Shown here: piece by piece, positions 30,001 to 43,894 of the stretch | Position numbering within the stretch: position 1 is the first letter of the stretch | Layout of the letters: each line of letters begins with the position of its first letter | Assembly: GCF_009914755.1 (NCBI RefSeq) | Contig: NC_060933.1 | Length of the DNA: 64,000 bases | Reading direction: 5' to 3' (one strand) | DNA from: the human T2T-CHM13v2.0 reference genome, Homo sapiens | Translations under genes and position numbers: made by a program | Notes under the pieces: generated by a model | What the model saw: only the letters and a program-made list of their open reading frames with translations | What the model was told of the DNA's origin: nothing | The model's database searches: none

Positions 30001-32400
30001 TTCCATTCCATTCCATTCCATTCCTTTCTGTTCCATTCCATTCCATTCCATTCCATTCTCTTCGTGTTAATTCCATTCCATTCTATTCCATTCCATTCCA
30101 TTGAAATCGAGTTGATTCCATTCCATTCCATTCCATTCCATTCCATTCCATTCCATTCCGGATGATTCCATTGCATTGCATTCCATTCCATTGCATTCCC
30201 CTGCACTCGGGTTGATTCCATTCGATTCCATTGCATTTCATTCCGTTCCATTCCGTTCCATTTCATTCTATTCGGGTTAATTCCATTCCATTGCATTCCA
30301 CTCCATTCCAGTCCTTTCCATTCCATTCCACTCGGGTTGATTCCATTCTATTCCTTTCCATTCCATTCCATTCCATTGCAATCGAGTTGATTCCATTCGA
30401 GTTGAATCAATTCCATTCCATCCCATTCCATTGCACACGGGTTCATTCCATTCCATTGCATTCCATTCCATTCTATTCCGTACCATTCCATTCCATCCCA
30501 TTCCATTCCGTTCCATTCCATGCCATTATACTCGGGTTGATTCCATTCCTTTCCATTCCATTCTTGTTGAATCCATTCCATTCCATTCCATTCCATTCGA
30601 ATCCATTCCATTGCACTCGGGTTGATTCCATTCCATTCCATTCTATTCCATTTCATTCTATTCCATTCCATTACATTCGGATTGATTCTATTCAATTCCC
30701 TTACACTCCATTACGTTCCATTCCATTCGCGATGTTTCCAATCCATTCCTTTCCATTCCACTCCATTGCATTGCATCAGGTTGATGGCATTCCATTCCAT
30801 TCCATTCCATTCCGGATGATTCCATTCCATTGCATTCCATTCCATTCCATTCCCCTGCACTCGGGTTGATTCCATTCCATTCCATTCCGTTCCATTCCAT
30901 TCCATTCCATTCCATTCCGTTCCATTCCATTCCATTCCATTGTATTCCGGTTAATTCCATTCCATTACATTCGATTCCATTCCATTCCCTTCCATTCCCT
31001 TGCAATCGAGTTGATTCCATTCCATTCCATTCCATTCCGTTCCGGATGATTCCATTCCATTCCATTCCATTCCATTCCATTCCATTCCATTCCATTCCCC
31101 TGCAGTCGGGTTGATTCCATTCCATTCCATTCTATTCCATTCCATTCCATTCCGTTCCATTCCGTTCCATTCCATTCTATTCGGGTTAATTCCATTCCAT
31201 TCCATTCCATTCCATTCCATTCCAATCGAGTTTATTCCATTCCATTCCATTCCATTCCATTCCATTCCACACCATTCCAGTCCTTTCCATTCCATTACAC
31301 TCGGGTTGATTCCATTCTATTCCTTTCCATTCCATTCCATTCCATTGCAATCGAGTTGATTCCATTGCTTTGCATTCCATTCCATTCCATTCCATTCCGG
31401 AAGATTCCATTCCGTTGCATTCCGTTCCATTACATTCCCCTGCACTCGGGTTGATTCCATTCCATTCCATTCCATTCCATTCGATTCCATTCCATTCCCC
31501 TGCACTCGCGTTGATTCCATTCCATTCCATTCCATTCCATTCCATTCCGTTCCGTTCCATTCCATTCCATTCCATTCTATTCGCGTTAATTCCATTCCAT
31601 TCCATTCGATTGCAATCGAGTTGATTCCATTCCATTCCATTCCATTCCATTCCATTCCATTCCATTCCATTCCTTTCCATTCCATTACGGATGATTCTAT
31701 TCCATTGCATTCCATTCCATTCCATTCCCCTGTACTCGGGTTGATTCCATTGCATTGCATTCCATTCTATTCCCCTGCAGTCGGGTTGATTCCATTCCAT
31801 TCCATTCCATTCCATTCCATTCCATTCCATTCCGTTCTGTTCCGTTCCGTTCCGTTCCATTCCATTCCATTCCATTCTATTCGGGTTAATTCCATTCCAT
31901 TCCATTCCATTCCATTCCATTCCATTCCATTCCAATCTAGTTGATTCCATTCCATTCCATTCCATTCCATTCCATTCCACTCCATTCCAATCCTTTCCAT
32001 TCCATTCCACTCGGGCTGATTCCAATGTATTCCTTTCCATTCCATTCCATTCCATTGCAATCGAGTTGATTCCATTGTTTTGCATTCCATTCCATTCCAT
32101 TCCATTCCGGATGACTCCATTCCATTGCATTCCATTCCATTGCATTCCCCAGCACTCGGGTTGATTCCATTCCATTGCACTCCATTCCGTTGCATTCCAT
32201 TCCATTCCATTGTATTCGGGTTAATTCCATTCCATTCCATTCCATTCCATTCCATTACAATCGAGTTGATTCCATTCCATTCCATTCCATTCCATTCCAT
32301 TCCATTCCAGTCCTTTCCATTCCAATCCACTCGGGTTGATTCCATTCTATTAGTTTCCATTCCATTCCATTCCCTTCCATTCCACTCTGGTTGATTCCAT
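24090..32400 (+). repeat. ~4.3-4.4 kb tandem duplication (~24.1-28.5 kb and ~28.5-32.4 kb)
   Basis: Rare variants shared in order: caatctattagtt (24099/28501), ccactccgaacg (24183/28595), tccgatccgttcc (25036/29363), ctatgcgggtt (25127/29449), tacattacgtat (25231/29543), gcatcaggttgatggcattcc (26501/30773), cggatgac (28231/32108). Confidence 0.85.
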
Positions 32401-33469
32401 TCCTTTCCATTCCACTCGAATACATTCCCTCCTATTCCACTCGGAACGATTGCATTCCATTTCTTTCCATTCCATTCCATTCCATTCCATTCCATTCCAT
32501 TCCATTTCGTTCCATTACATTCTATTCCGTATCATTCCATTCCATTCCATTCCATTCCATTCCATTCCATTCCATTCCACTCGTGTTGAATCCATTCCTT
32601 TCCATTCCATTCGGTTTGAAGGCTTTCCATTCCATTCCATTCCATTCCATTCCATTCCATTGTACTCGGGTTGATTCCATTCCATTGCATTCCATTCCAT
32701 TCCATTCCATTCCAATCCGTTGCATTCCATTCCTTTACATTCGGATTGATTCTATTCAACTCCCTTACTCTCCATTATATTCCATTCCATTCGGGTTGTT
32801 CCATTCCATTCCATTCCATTCCACTCCATTCCATTGCACTCGGGTTGATTCCATTCCATTCCATTCCATTCCATTCCATTCCGGATGATTCCATTCCATT
32901 GCATTCCGTTCCATTACATTCCCCTGCACTCGCGTTGATTCCATTCCATTCCATTCCATTCCATTCCATTCAATTCCATTCCATTACAATTCGTTCCATT
33001 CCATTCTATTCTGTACCATTCCATTCCATTCCATACCATTCCATTCCATTCCATTCCATTCCGTTCCATTCCGTTCCATTCCATTCCATTCCATTCTATT
33101 CGGGTTAATTCCATTCCATTCCATTCCATTACATTCCATTCCAATCTATTCCATTCCATTGCAATCGAGTTGAATCCATTGCATTTCATTCCATTCCATT
33201 CCATTCCATTCCATTCCATTGCAATCGAGTTGAATCCATTGCATTTCATTCCATTCCATTCCCTTCCATTCCATTCCGGAAGATTCCATTCCATTGCATT
33301 CCATTCCATTCCATTCCCCTGCACTCGCGTTGATTCCATTCCATTCCATTCCATTCCATTCCATTCCATTCCATTCCGGAAGATTCCATTCCATTGCATT
33401 CCATTCCATTCCATTCCCCTGCACTCGCGTTGATTCCTTTCCATTCCATTCCATTCCATTCCATTCCAT

Positions 33470-36260
33470 TCCATTCCATGCCATTCCACTCGGGTTGATT
33501 CCATTGCTTTCCATTCCATTTGGGTTGAATCCATTCCATTCCATTCCATTCCATTCCATTCCATTCCATTCCATTCCATTCAATTGCACTAGGTTTGATT
33601 CCATTCCACTGCATTCCATTCCATTCCATTCCATTGCATTCCATTCCATTGCATTCCATTCCATTCCCCTGCACTCGGGTTCATTCCATTCCATTCCATT
33701 TACTTCCATTCCATTCCATTCCATTCTATTACATTCTATTCGGATTAATTCCATTCCATTCCATTCCATTCCATTCCATTCCATTCCATTCCATTCCATT
33801 CCATTGCAATCGAGTTGATTCCATTCCATTCCATTCCATTCCGGATGATTCCATTCCATTGCCTTCAATTCCATTCCATTCCCCTGCACTCGGGTTGATT
33901 CCGTTCCATTCCATTCCATTCCATTCCATTCCATTTCATTCCGTTCCATTTCGTTCCATTCCATTCTATTCCGTACCATTCCATTCCATTCCATTCCATT
34001 CCATTCCATTCCATTCTATTCGGGTTAATTCCATTCCATTCCATTCCATTCCATTCCATTCCATTGCAATCGAGTTGATTCCATTCCATTCCATTCAATT
34101 CCGGATGATTCCATTCCATTGCCTTCAATTCCATTCCATTTCCCTGCACTCGGGTTGATTCCATTCCATTCCATTCCATTTCATTCCATTCCATTTCGTT
34201 CCATTCCATTCTATTCCATACCATTCCATTCCATTCCATTCCATTCCATACCATTCTATTCCGTTCCATTCCATTCCATTCCATTCCATTCCATTTCATT
34301 CCATTCCATTTCGTTCCATTCCATTCTATTCCGTACCATTCCGTGCCATTCCATTCTATTCCATTCCATTCCATTCCATTCCATTCCACTCCATTCCATG
34401 CCATTCCACTCGGGTTGATTCCATTGCCTTCCATTCCATTCGAGTTGAATCCATTCCATTCCATTCCATTCCATTCCATTCCATTCCATTGCACACGGGT
34501 TCATTCCATTCCATTCCATTCCATTCCATTCCATTTCGTTTCATTCCATTCTATTCTGTACCATTCCATTCCATTCAATTCCACTCCATTCCATGCCATT
34601 CCACTCGGGTTTATTCCATTTCTTTTCATTCCATTCGGGTTGAATCCATTCCATTCCATTCCATTCCATTCCTTTCGATTCCATTACATTGCACTCGGGA
34701 TGATTCCATTCCATTCCATTCCATCCTATTCCATTCCATTCCATGACACTCCACTCGGGTTGATTCCATTCCTTTCCATTCCATTCGAGTTGAACCCATT
34801 CCATTCCATTCCACTCCATTCCATTCCATTCCATTCCAGTCCATTCCATTCCATTCCATTCCATTCCATTCCATTCCATTCCATTCCATTCCATTCCATG
34901 CCATTCCACTCGGGTTGATTCCATTGCTTTCCATTCCATTTGGGTTGAGTCCATTCCATTCCATTCCATTCCATTCCATTCCATTCCATTCAATTGCACT
35001 AGGTTTGATTCCATTCCACTGCATTCCATTCCATTCCATTCCATTGCATTCCATTCCATTCCATTCCCTTGCACTCGGGTTCATTCCATTCCATTCCATT
35101 TACTTCCATTCCATTCCATTCCATTCTATTACATTCTATTCCGATTAATTCCATTCCATTCCATTCCATTCCATTCCATTCCATTCCATTCCATTGCAAT
35201 CGAGTTGATTCCATTCCATTCCATTCCATTCCTGATGATTCCATTCCATTGCCTTCAATTCCATTCCATTCCCCTGCACTCGGGTTGATTCCGTTCCATT
35301 CCATTCCATTCCATTCCATTCCATTCCATTCCATTCCATTTCATTCCGTTCCATTTCGTTCCATTCCATTCTATTCCGTACCATTCCATTCCATTCCATT
35401 CCATTCCATTCCATTCCATTCCATTCCATTCTATTCGGGTTAATTCCATTCCCTTGCATTCCATTCCATTCCATTCCATTCCATTCCATTCCATTGCAAT
35501 CGAGTTGATTCCATTCCATTCCATTCAATTCCGGATGATTCCATTCCATTGCCTTCAATTCCATTCCATTTCCCTGCACTCGGGTTGATTCCATTCCATT
35601 CCATTCCATTTCATTCCATTCCATTTCGTTCCATTCCATTCTATTCCGTACCATTCCATTCCATTCCATTCCATTCCATACCATTCTATTCCGTTCCATT
35701 CCATTCCATTCCATTCCATTCCATGCCATTTCATTCCATTCCATTTCGTTCCATTCCATTCTATTCCGTACCATTCCATGCCATTCCATTCTATTCCATT
35801 CCATTCCATTCCATTCCATTCCACTCCATTCCATGCCATTCCACTCGGGTTGATTCCATTGCCTTCCATTCCATTCGAGTTGAATCCATTCCATTCCATT
35901 CCATTCCATTCCATTCCATTCCATTCCATTCCATTCCATTGCACACGGGTTCATTCCATTCCATTCCATTCCATTCCATTCCATTCCATTTCGTTCCATT
36001 CCATTCTATTCTGTACCATTCCATTCCATTCAATTCCACTCCATTCCATGCCATTCCACTCGGGTTTATTCCATTTCTTTTCATTCCATTCGGGTTGAAT
36101 CCATTCCATTCCATTCCATTCCATTCCTTTCGATTCCATTACATTGCACTCGGGATGATTCCATTCCATTCCATTCCATCCTATTCCATTCCATTCCATG
36201 ACACTCCACTCGGGTTGATTCCATTCCTTTCCATTCCATTCGAGTTGAATCCATTCCTTT
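33470..36260 (+). repeat. ~1.42-1.45 kb tandem duplication
   Basis: caattgcactaggtttg (33581/34991), tttacttcc (33699/35099), tttccctgcact (34139/35569), tcttttcattcc (34621/36076), catgacactccact (34742/36197). Confidence 0.85.
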
Positions 36261-38070
36261 CCATTCCACTTTATTCCATTCCATTTCATTCCATTCCATT
36301 CCATTCCATTCCATTCCATTCCATTCCATTCCATTCCATTGCACACGATTTCATTCCACTCCATTCCATTCCATTCCATTCCATTTCGCTCCATTCCATT
36401 CTATTCCGTACCATTCTATTCCATTCCATTCCATTCCATTCAATTCCATTCCATTCCATTCCATGCCATTCTACTCGGGTTGATTCCATTCCTTTCCATT
36501 CCATTCGAGTAGAAACCATTCCATTCCATTCCATTCCATTCCATTCCATTCCATTCCATTGCACACGGGTTCATTTCATTCCATTCCATTCCATTCCATT
36601 CCATTTCGTTCCATTCCATTCTATTCCATACCATTCCATTCCATTCCATTCCATTAGACTCCATTCCATGCCGTTCCACTCGGGTTTATTCCATTCCTTT
36701 CCATTCCATTCGGGTTGAATCCATTCCATTCCATTCCATTCCATTCCATTTCATTCCATTCGATTCCATTACATTGCACTCGTGTTGTTTCCATTCCATT
36801 CCATTCCATTCCATTATATTCCATTCCATTCCATGCCATTCCACTCGGGTTTATTCCATTCCATTCCATTCCATTCGAGTCGAACCCATTCCATTCCATT
36901 CCATTCCATTCCATTCCATTCCAATCCATTGCACACGTTTTCATTCCATTCCTTTCCATTCCATTCTATTCCATTTCGTTCCATTCCATTTTATTCCGTA
37001 CCATTCCATTCCATTCCATTCCATTCCACTCCATTTCATTCCATTCCATGCCATTCCACTCGGGTTTATTCCATTCCTTTCCATTCCATTCGGGTTGAAT
37101 CCATTCCTTTCCATTCCATTCCGTTCAATTCCATTCCATTGCACTCGGGTTGATTCCATTCCATTCCATGCCATTCCATTTCATTCCGTTCCATTCCATT
37201 CCATTACATTCGGATTGATTCTTTTCAATTCCCTTACACTCCATTACATTCCATTCCATTCGGGTAGTTTCCATTCCATTCGATTCCATTACACTCCATT
37301 GCATTGCACTCGGGTTGATTGATTCCATTCCATTGCATTCCATTCCATTCCATTTCATTCCGGATGATTCCATTCCATTGCATTCCATTCCATTCCATTC
37401 CCCTGTACTCGGGTTGATTCCATTCCATTCCATTCCATTCCATTCCGTTCCATTGCATTCCATTCCATTCCGTTCTGTTCAGGTTAATTCCATTCCATTC
37501 CATTCCATTCCATTCCATTCCATTCCATTCCATTGCAATCTAGTTGATTCCATTGCATTCCATTCCATTCCATTCCATTGCATTCCATTCCCCTGCACTC
37601 AGGTTGATTCCATTCCATTCCATTCCATTCCATTCCATTCCATTCTATTCGCGTTAATTCCATTCCATTCCATTCCCTTACATTCCATTGCAATCGAGTT
37701 GATTCCATTCCATTCCATTCCATTCCATTCCATTCCATTGAAGTCCTTTCCATTCCATTCCACTCGTGTTGATTCCATTTTATTAGTTTCCATTCCATTC
37801 CATTCCCTTCCATTCCACTCTGGTTGATTCCATTCCTTTCCATTCCACTGGAATTCATTCCCTTCTATTCCACTCGGAATGATTCCATTCCATTCCATTC
37901 CTTTCCATTCCATTCCATTCCATTCCATTTCGTTCCATTGCATTGTATTCCGTACCATTCCCTTCCATTCCATTCCATGCCATTCCACTCGGTTTGATTC
38001 CATTGCTTTCCATTCCATTTGGGTTGAATCCATTCCATTCCATTCCATTCCATTCCATTCCATTCCATTC

Positions 38071-39490
38071 TATTCCATTGCACTAGGTTTGATTCCATTC
38101 CACTGCATTCCATTCCATTCCATTCCATTCCGTTCCATTCCATTCCATTCCATTACATTCGGATTGATTGTATTCAATTCCCTTACACTCCATTTCATTC
38201 CATTCCATTCAGGTTGTTTCCATTCCATTCCAATCCATTCCACTCCATTCCATTGCACTCGGGTTGATTGCATTCCATTCCATTCCATTCTATTCCATTT
38301 CCTTCCATTCCATTCTATTCGGTACCATTCCATTCCATTCCATTCCAATCCATTCCACTCCATGCCATTCCACTTGGGTTGATTCCCATCCTTTCCATTC
38401 CATTCGGGTTGAATCCATTCCATTCCATTCCATTCCATTCCATTCCTTTCCATTCCATTGCACACGGGTTGGTTCCATTCCATTCCTTTCCGTTCCATTC
38501 CGGATAACTCCATTCCATTGCATTCCATTCCATTCCATTCCATTCCCCTGCACTCGGGTTCATTACCTTCCATTCCATTTACTTCCATTCCATTCCATTC
38601 CATTCTCTTCGGGTTAATTCCATTCCATTCCATTCCATTCCATTCCATTCCATTCCATTCCATTCCATTCCATTGCAATCGAGTTGATTCCATTCCATTC
38701 CATTCAATTCCGGATGATTCCATTCCATTGCCTTCAATTCCATTCCATTCCCCTGCACTCGGGTTGATTCCATTCCATTCCATTCCATTCTATTCTATTG
38801 CACTAGGTTTGATTCCATTCCACTGCATTCCATTCCATTCCATTCCATTCCATTCCGTTCCGTTCCATTCCATTCCATTCCATTACATTCGGATTGATTG
38901 TATTCAATTCCCTTACACTCCATTTCATTCCATTCCATTCAGGTTGTTTCCATTCCATTCCAATCCATTCCACTCCATTCCATTGCACTCGGGTTGATTG
39001 CATTCCATTCCATTCCATTCTATTCCATTTCCTTCCATTCCATTCTATTCGGTACCATTCCATTCCATTCCATTCAAATCCATGCCATTCCATGCCATTC
39101 CACTTGGGTTGATTCCCATCCTTTCCATTCCATTCGGGTTGAATCCATTCCATTCCATTCCATTCCATTCCATTCCTTTCCATTCCATTGCACACGGGTT
39201 GGTTCCATTCCATTCCTTTCCGTTCCATTGCGGATGACTCCATTCCATTGCATTCCATTCCATTCCATTCCATTCCCCTGCACTCGGGTTCATTACTTTC
39301 CATTCCATTTACTTCCATTCCATTCCATTCCATTCTCTTCGGGTTAATTCCATTCCATTCCATTCCATTGAATTCCATTCCATTCCATTCCATTCCATTG
39401 CAATCGAGTTGATTCCATTCCATTCCATTCAATTCCGGATGATTCCATTCCATTGACTTCAATTCCATTCGATTCCCCTGCACTCGGGTT
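38071..39490 (+). repeat. ~0.73 kb tandem duplication
   Basis: ggattgattg (38161/38891), cacttgggttgattcccatc (38371/39101), gggttggttcc (38466/39196), ctcttcgggtt (38605/39335); ORF twins 38168/38898 differ by 730. Confidence 0.88.
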
Positions 39491-42400
39491 GATTCCATTC
39501 CATTCCATTCCATTCCATTCCATTCCATTTCATTCCTTTCCATTTCGTTCCTTTCCATTCTATTCCGTATCATTCCATTCCATTCCATTCCATACCATTC
39601 CATTCCATTCCATTCCATTCCATGCCATATCACTCGGGTTGATTCCATTCCTTTCCATTCCATTCGAGTTGAATCCATTCCAATCCATTCCATTCCATTC
39701 GATTCCATTCCATTGCACACGGGTTCATTCCATTCCATTCCATTCCATTCCATTCCATTCCATTCCATTTCCTTCCATTCCATTCTATTCCGTACCATTC
39801 CATTCCATTCCATTCCATTCCATTCCACTCCATTCCATGCCATTCCACTCGGGTTTATTCCATTCCTTTCCATTGCATTCGGGTTGAATCCATTCCATTC
39901 CATTCCATTCCATTCCATTCGATTCCATTACATTGCACTCGGGTTGATTCCATTCCATTCCATTCCTTTACATTTCATTCCATTCCACTCCATCCCATGC
40001 CATTCCACGGGGGTTTATTCCATTCCTTTCCATTCCATTCGTGTTGAATCCATTCCATTCCATTCCATTCCATTCGACTCCATTACACTGCACTCGGGTT
40101 GATTCCATTCCATTCCATTCCATTACATTTCATTCCATTCCATTCCATTCCATTCCATTCCATTCCATTCCATTCCATGCCATTCCACTCGTGTTGATTC
40201 CATTCCTTTCCATTCCATTCGAGTTGAACCCATTCCATTCCATTCCATTCCATTCCATTCCATTGCACACGGGTTCATTCCATTCCATTCCATTCCATTC
40301 CGTTCCATTCCATTCCGTTCCATTCCATTCCATTCCATTCTGTTCAGGTTAATTCCATTCTATTCCTTTCTCTTCCATTCCATTCCATTCCATCCCATTG
40401 CAATCGAGTTGATTCCATTGCATTCCATTCCATTACATTCCATTGCATTCCATTCCATTCCATTCCCCTGCACTCAGGTTGATTCCATTCGATTCCATTC
40501 CATTCCATTCCATTCCATTCCGTTCCATTCCATTCCATTCCATTCTATTCGCGTTAATTGCATTCCATTCCATTCCATTACATTCCATTGCAATCGAGTT
40601 GATTCCATTCCATTCCGTTCCATTCCATTCCATTCCATTCCATTTCGTTCCATTCCATTCTATTCCGTACCATTCCATTCCATTCCATTCCATTCCATTC
40701 CATTCCATTCCATGCCATTCCACTCGGGTTGATTCCATTGCTTTCCATTCCATTTGGGTTGAATCCATTCCATTCCATTCCATTCCATTCCATTCCATTC
40801 CATTCCATTCCATTGCACTAGGTTTGATTCCATTCCACTGCATTCCATTCCATTCCATTCCGTTCCATTCCATTCCATTACATTCGGATTGATTGTATTC
40901 AATTCCTTACACTCCATTACATTCCATTCCATTCGGATTGATTGTATTCAATTCCTTACACTCCATTACATTCCATTCCATTCGGGTTGTTTCCATTCCA
41001 TTCCATTCCATTCCATTCCATTCCATTGCACTCAGGTAGATTCCATTCCATTCCATTCCATTCCATTCCATTCCATTCCATTCCATTTCGTTCCATTCCA
41101 TTCTATTCCGTACCATTCCATTCCATTCCATTCCATTCCATGCCATTCCACTCGGGTTTATTCCATTCCTTTCCATTCCATTCGGGTTGAATCCATTCCA
41201 TTCCATTCCATTCCATTCCATTCCATTCCATGGCACTCGGGTTGATTCCATTCCATTCCCTGCCATTCCATTTCATTCCATTCCATTCCATTCCATTCCA
41301 TTCCATTGCATTCCATTCCATTCCGTTCCATTCCATTCCATTACATTCGGATTGATTGTATTCAATTCCCTTACACTCCATTACATTCCATTACATTCGT
41401 GTTGTTTCCGTTCCATTACATTACCTTCCACTCCATTCCATTGCACTCAGGTTGATTCCATTCCATTCCATTCCATTCCATTCCATTCCATTCCATTCCA
41501 TTCCATTCCATTTCGTTCCATTCCATTCTATTCCCTACCATTCCATTCCATTGCATTCCATTCCATGCCAATCCACTCGGGTTGATTCCATTCCTTTCCA
41601 TTCCATTCGGGTTGAATCCATTCCATTCCATTCCATTCCATTCCATTCCATTCCATTCCCCTGCAATCGGGTGGATTCCATTCTATTCCATTCCATTCCA
41701 TTCCATTCCATTCCATTCCATTCCATTCCATTCCATTTCTTTCCATTCCATTCTATTCCGTACCATTCTTTTCCATTCCATTCCATTCCATTCCATGCCA
41801 TGCCATTCCACTCGGGTTGATTCCATTCCTTTCCATTCCATTCTAGTTGAATCCATTCCATTGCATTCCATTCCATTCGATTCCATTCAATTGCACACGG
41901 GTTCATTCCATTCCATTCCATTCCATTCCATTCCATTTCGTTCCATTCCATTCTATTCGGTACCATTCCCTTCCATTCAATTCCATTCCACTCCATTCCA
42001 TGCCATTCCACTCGGGTTTATTCCATTCCCTTCCATTCCATTCGGGTTGAATCCATTCCATTCCATTCCATTCCATTCCATTCCATTCCATTCCATGCCA
42101 TTCCACTCGGGTTGATTCCATTCTTTTCCATTCCATTCGAGTTGAACCCATTCCATTCCATTCCATTCCATTCCATTCCATTCCGTTCCACTCGGGTTGA
42201 TTCCATTCCTTTCCATTCCATTCTGGTTGAAACCATTCCATTCCATTCCATTCCTTTCGATTCCGTTCCATTTCACTCGTGTTGATCCCATTCCATTGCA
42301 TTCCATTCCATTCCATTGCATTCCATTCCGTTCCATTCCATTCCATTACATTCGTATTGATTCTATTCAATTCCCTTACTCTCCATTACATTCCATTCCA

Positions 42401-43894
42401 TTCCGGTTGTTTCCATTCCATTCCATTCCATTCCACTCCATTCCATTGCAATCGGGTTGATTCCATTCCATTCAATTGCATTCCATTCCATTTCATTCCA
42501 TTCCATTCCATTCCATTCCGTATGATTCCATTCCATTGCATTCCATTCCATTCCATTCCACTGCACTCGGTTGGATTCCATTCTATTCCATTCCATTCCA
42601 TTCCATTCCATTCCATTCCATTCCATTCCATTCCATTCCATTCTATTCGGGTTAATTTCATTCCATTCCCTTCCATTCCATTCCATTCCATTCCATTCCA
42701 ATGAAATCGAGTTGATTCCATTCCATTCCATTCCATTCCATTCCATTCCATTCCATTCTACTCGTGTTAATTCCATTCCATTCCATTCCATTCCATTCCA
42801 TTCCATTCCCTTCCATTCCATTCCATTCCATTCCATTCCATTCCATTCCATTCTATTAGGGTTAATTCCATTCCATTCCATTCCATTCCATTCCATTCCA
42901 TTCCACTCCATTCCATGCCATTCCACTCGGGTTTATTCCATTCCTTTCCATTCCATTCGGGTTGAATCCATTCCATTCCATTCCATTCCATTCCATTCCA
43001 TTCCATTCCATGCCATTGCACTCGGGTTGATTCCATTCCTTTCCATTCCATTCGAATTGAACCCATTCCATTCCCTTCCATTCCATTCCATTCCATTCCA
43101 TTCCATTGCTCACGGGTTCATTCCATTCCATTCCATTCCATTCCATTCCATTCCATTTCGTTCCATTCCATTCTACTCCGTACCATTCCATTCCATTCCA
43201 TTCCCTTCCAAGCCATTTCACTCGGGTTTATTCCATTCCTTTCCATTCCATTCGGTTTGAATCCATTCCATTCCATTCCATTCCATTCCATTCCGTTCCA
43301 TTCCATTCCATTCCATTCTGTTCAGGTTAATTCCATTCCATTCCATTCCCTTCCATTCCATTCCATTCCATTCCATCCCATTGCAATCTAGTTGATTCCA
43401 TTGCATTCCATTCCATTGCATTCCATTCCATTCCATTCCCCTGCACTCAGATTGATTCCATTCCATCCCATTCCATTCCATTCCGTTCCATTACATTCCA
43501 TTCCATTCTATTCGCGTTAATTCCATTCCATTCCATTCCATTACATTCCATTGCAATCGAGTTGATTCCATTCCATTCCGTTCCATTCCATTCCATTCCA
43601 TTCCATTTCGTTCCATTCCATTCTATTCTGTACCATTCCATTCCATTCCATTCCATTCCATGCCATTCCACTCGGGTTGATTCCATTGCTTTCCATTCCA
43701 TTTGGGTTGAATCCAATCCCTTCCATTCCATTCCATTCCATTCCATTCCTTTCCATTCCATTTCACTAGGTTTGATTCCATTCCACTGCATTCCATTCCA
43801 TTCCATTCCGTTCCGTTCCATTCCATTACATTCGGATTGATTGTATTCAATTCCCTTACACTCCATTACATTCCATTCCATTCGGGTTGTTTCC

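Larger units (their letters stand above)
1..33450 (+). repeat. HSat3 sub-domain A
   Basis: Marker motifs confined or strongly enriched here: ccggaagattcc, tcgattgcaatcga, ctattcaactcccttactctcc, cccctgcactcgcgttg, caatccatgccattccactcgtgttg...caagttgaatcc, ttacggatgattcc. Confidence 0.75.
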
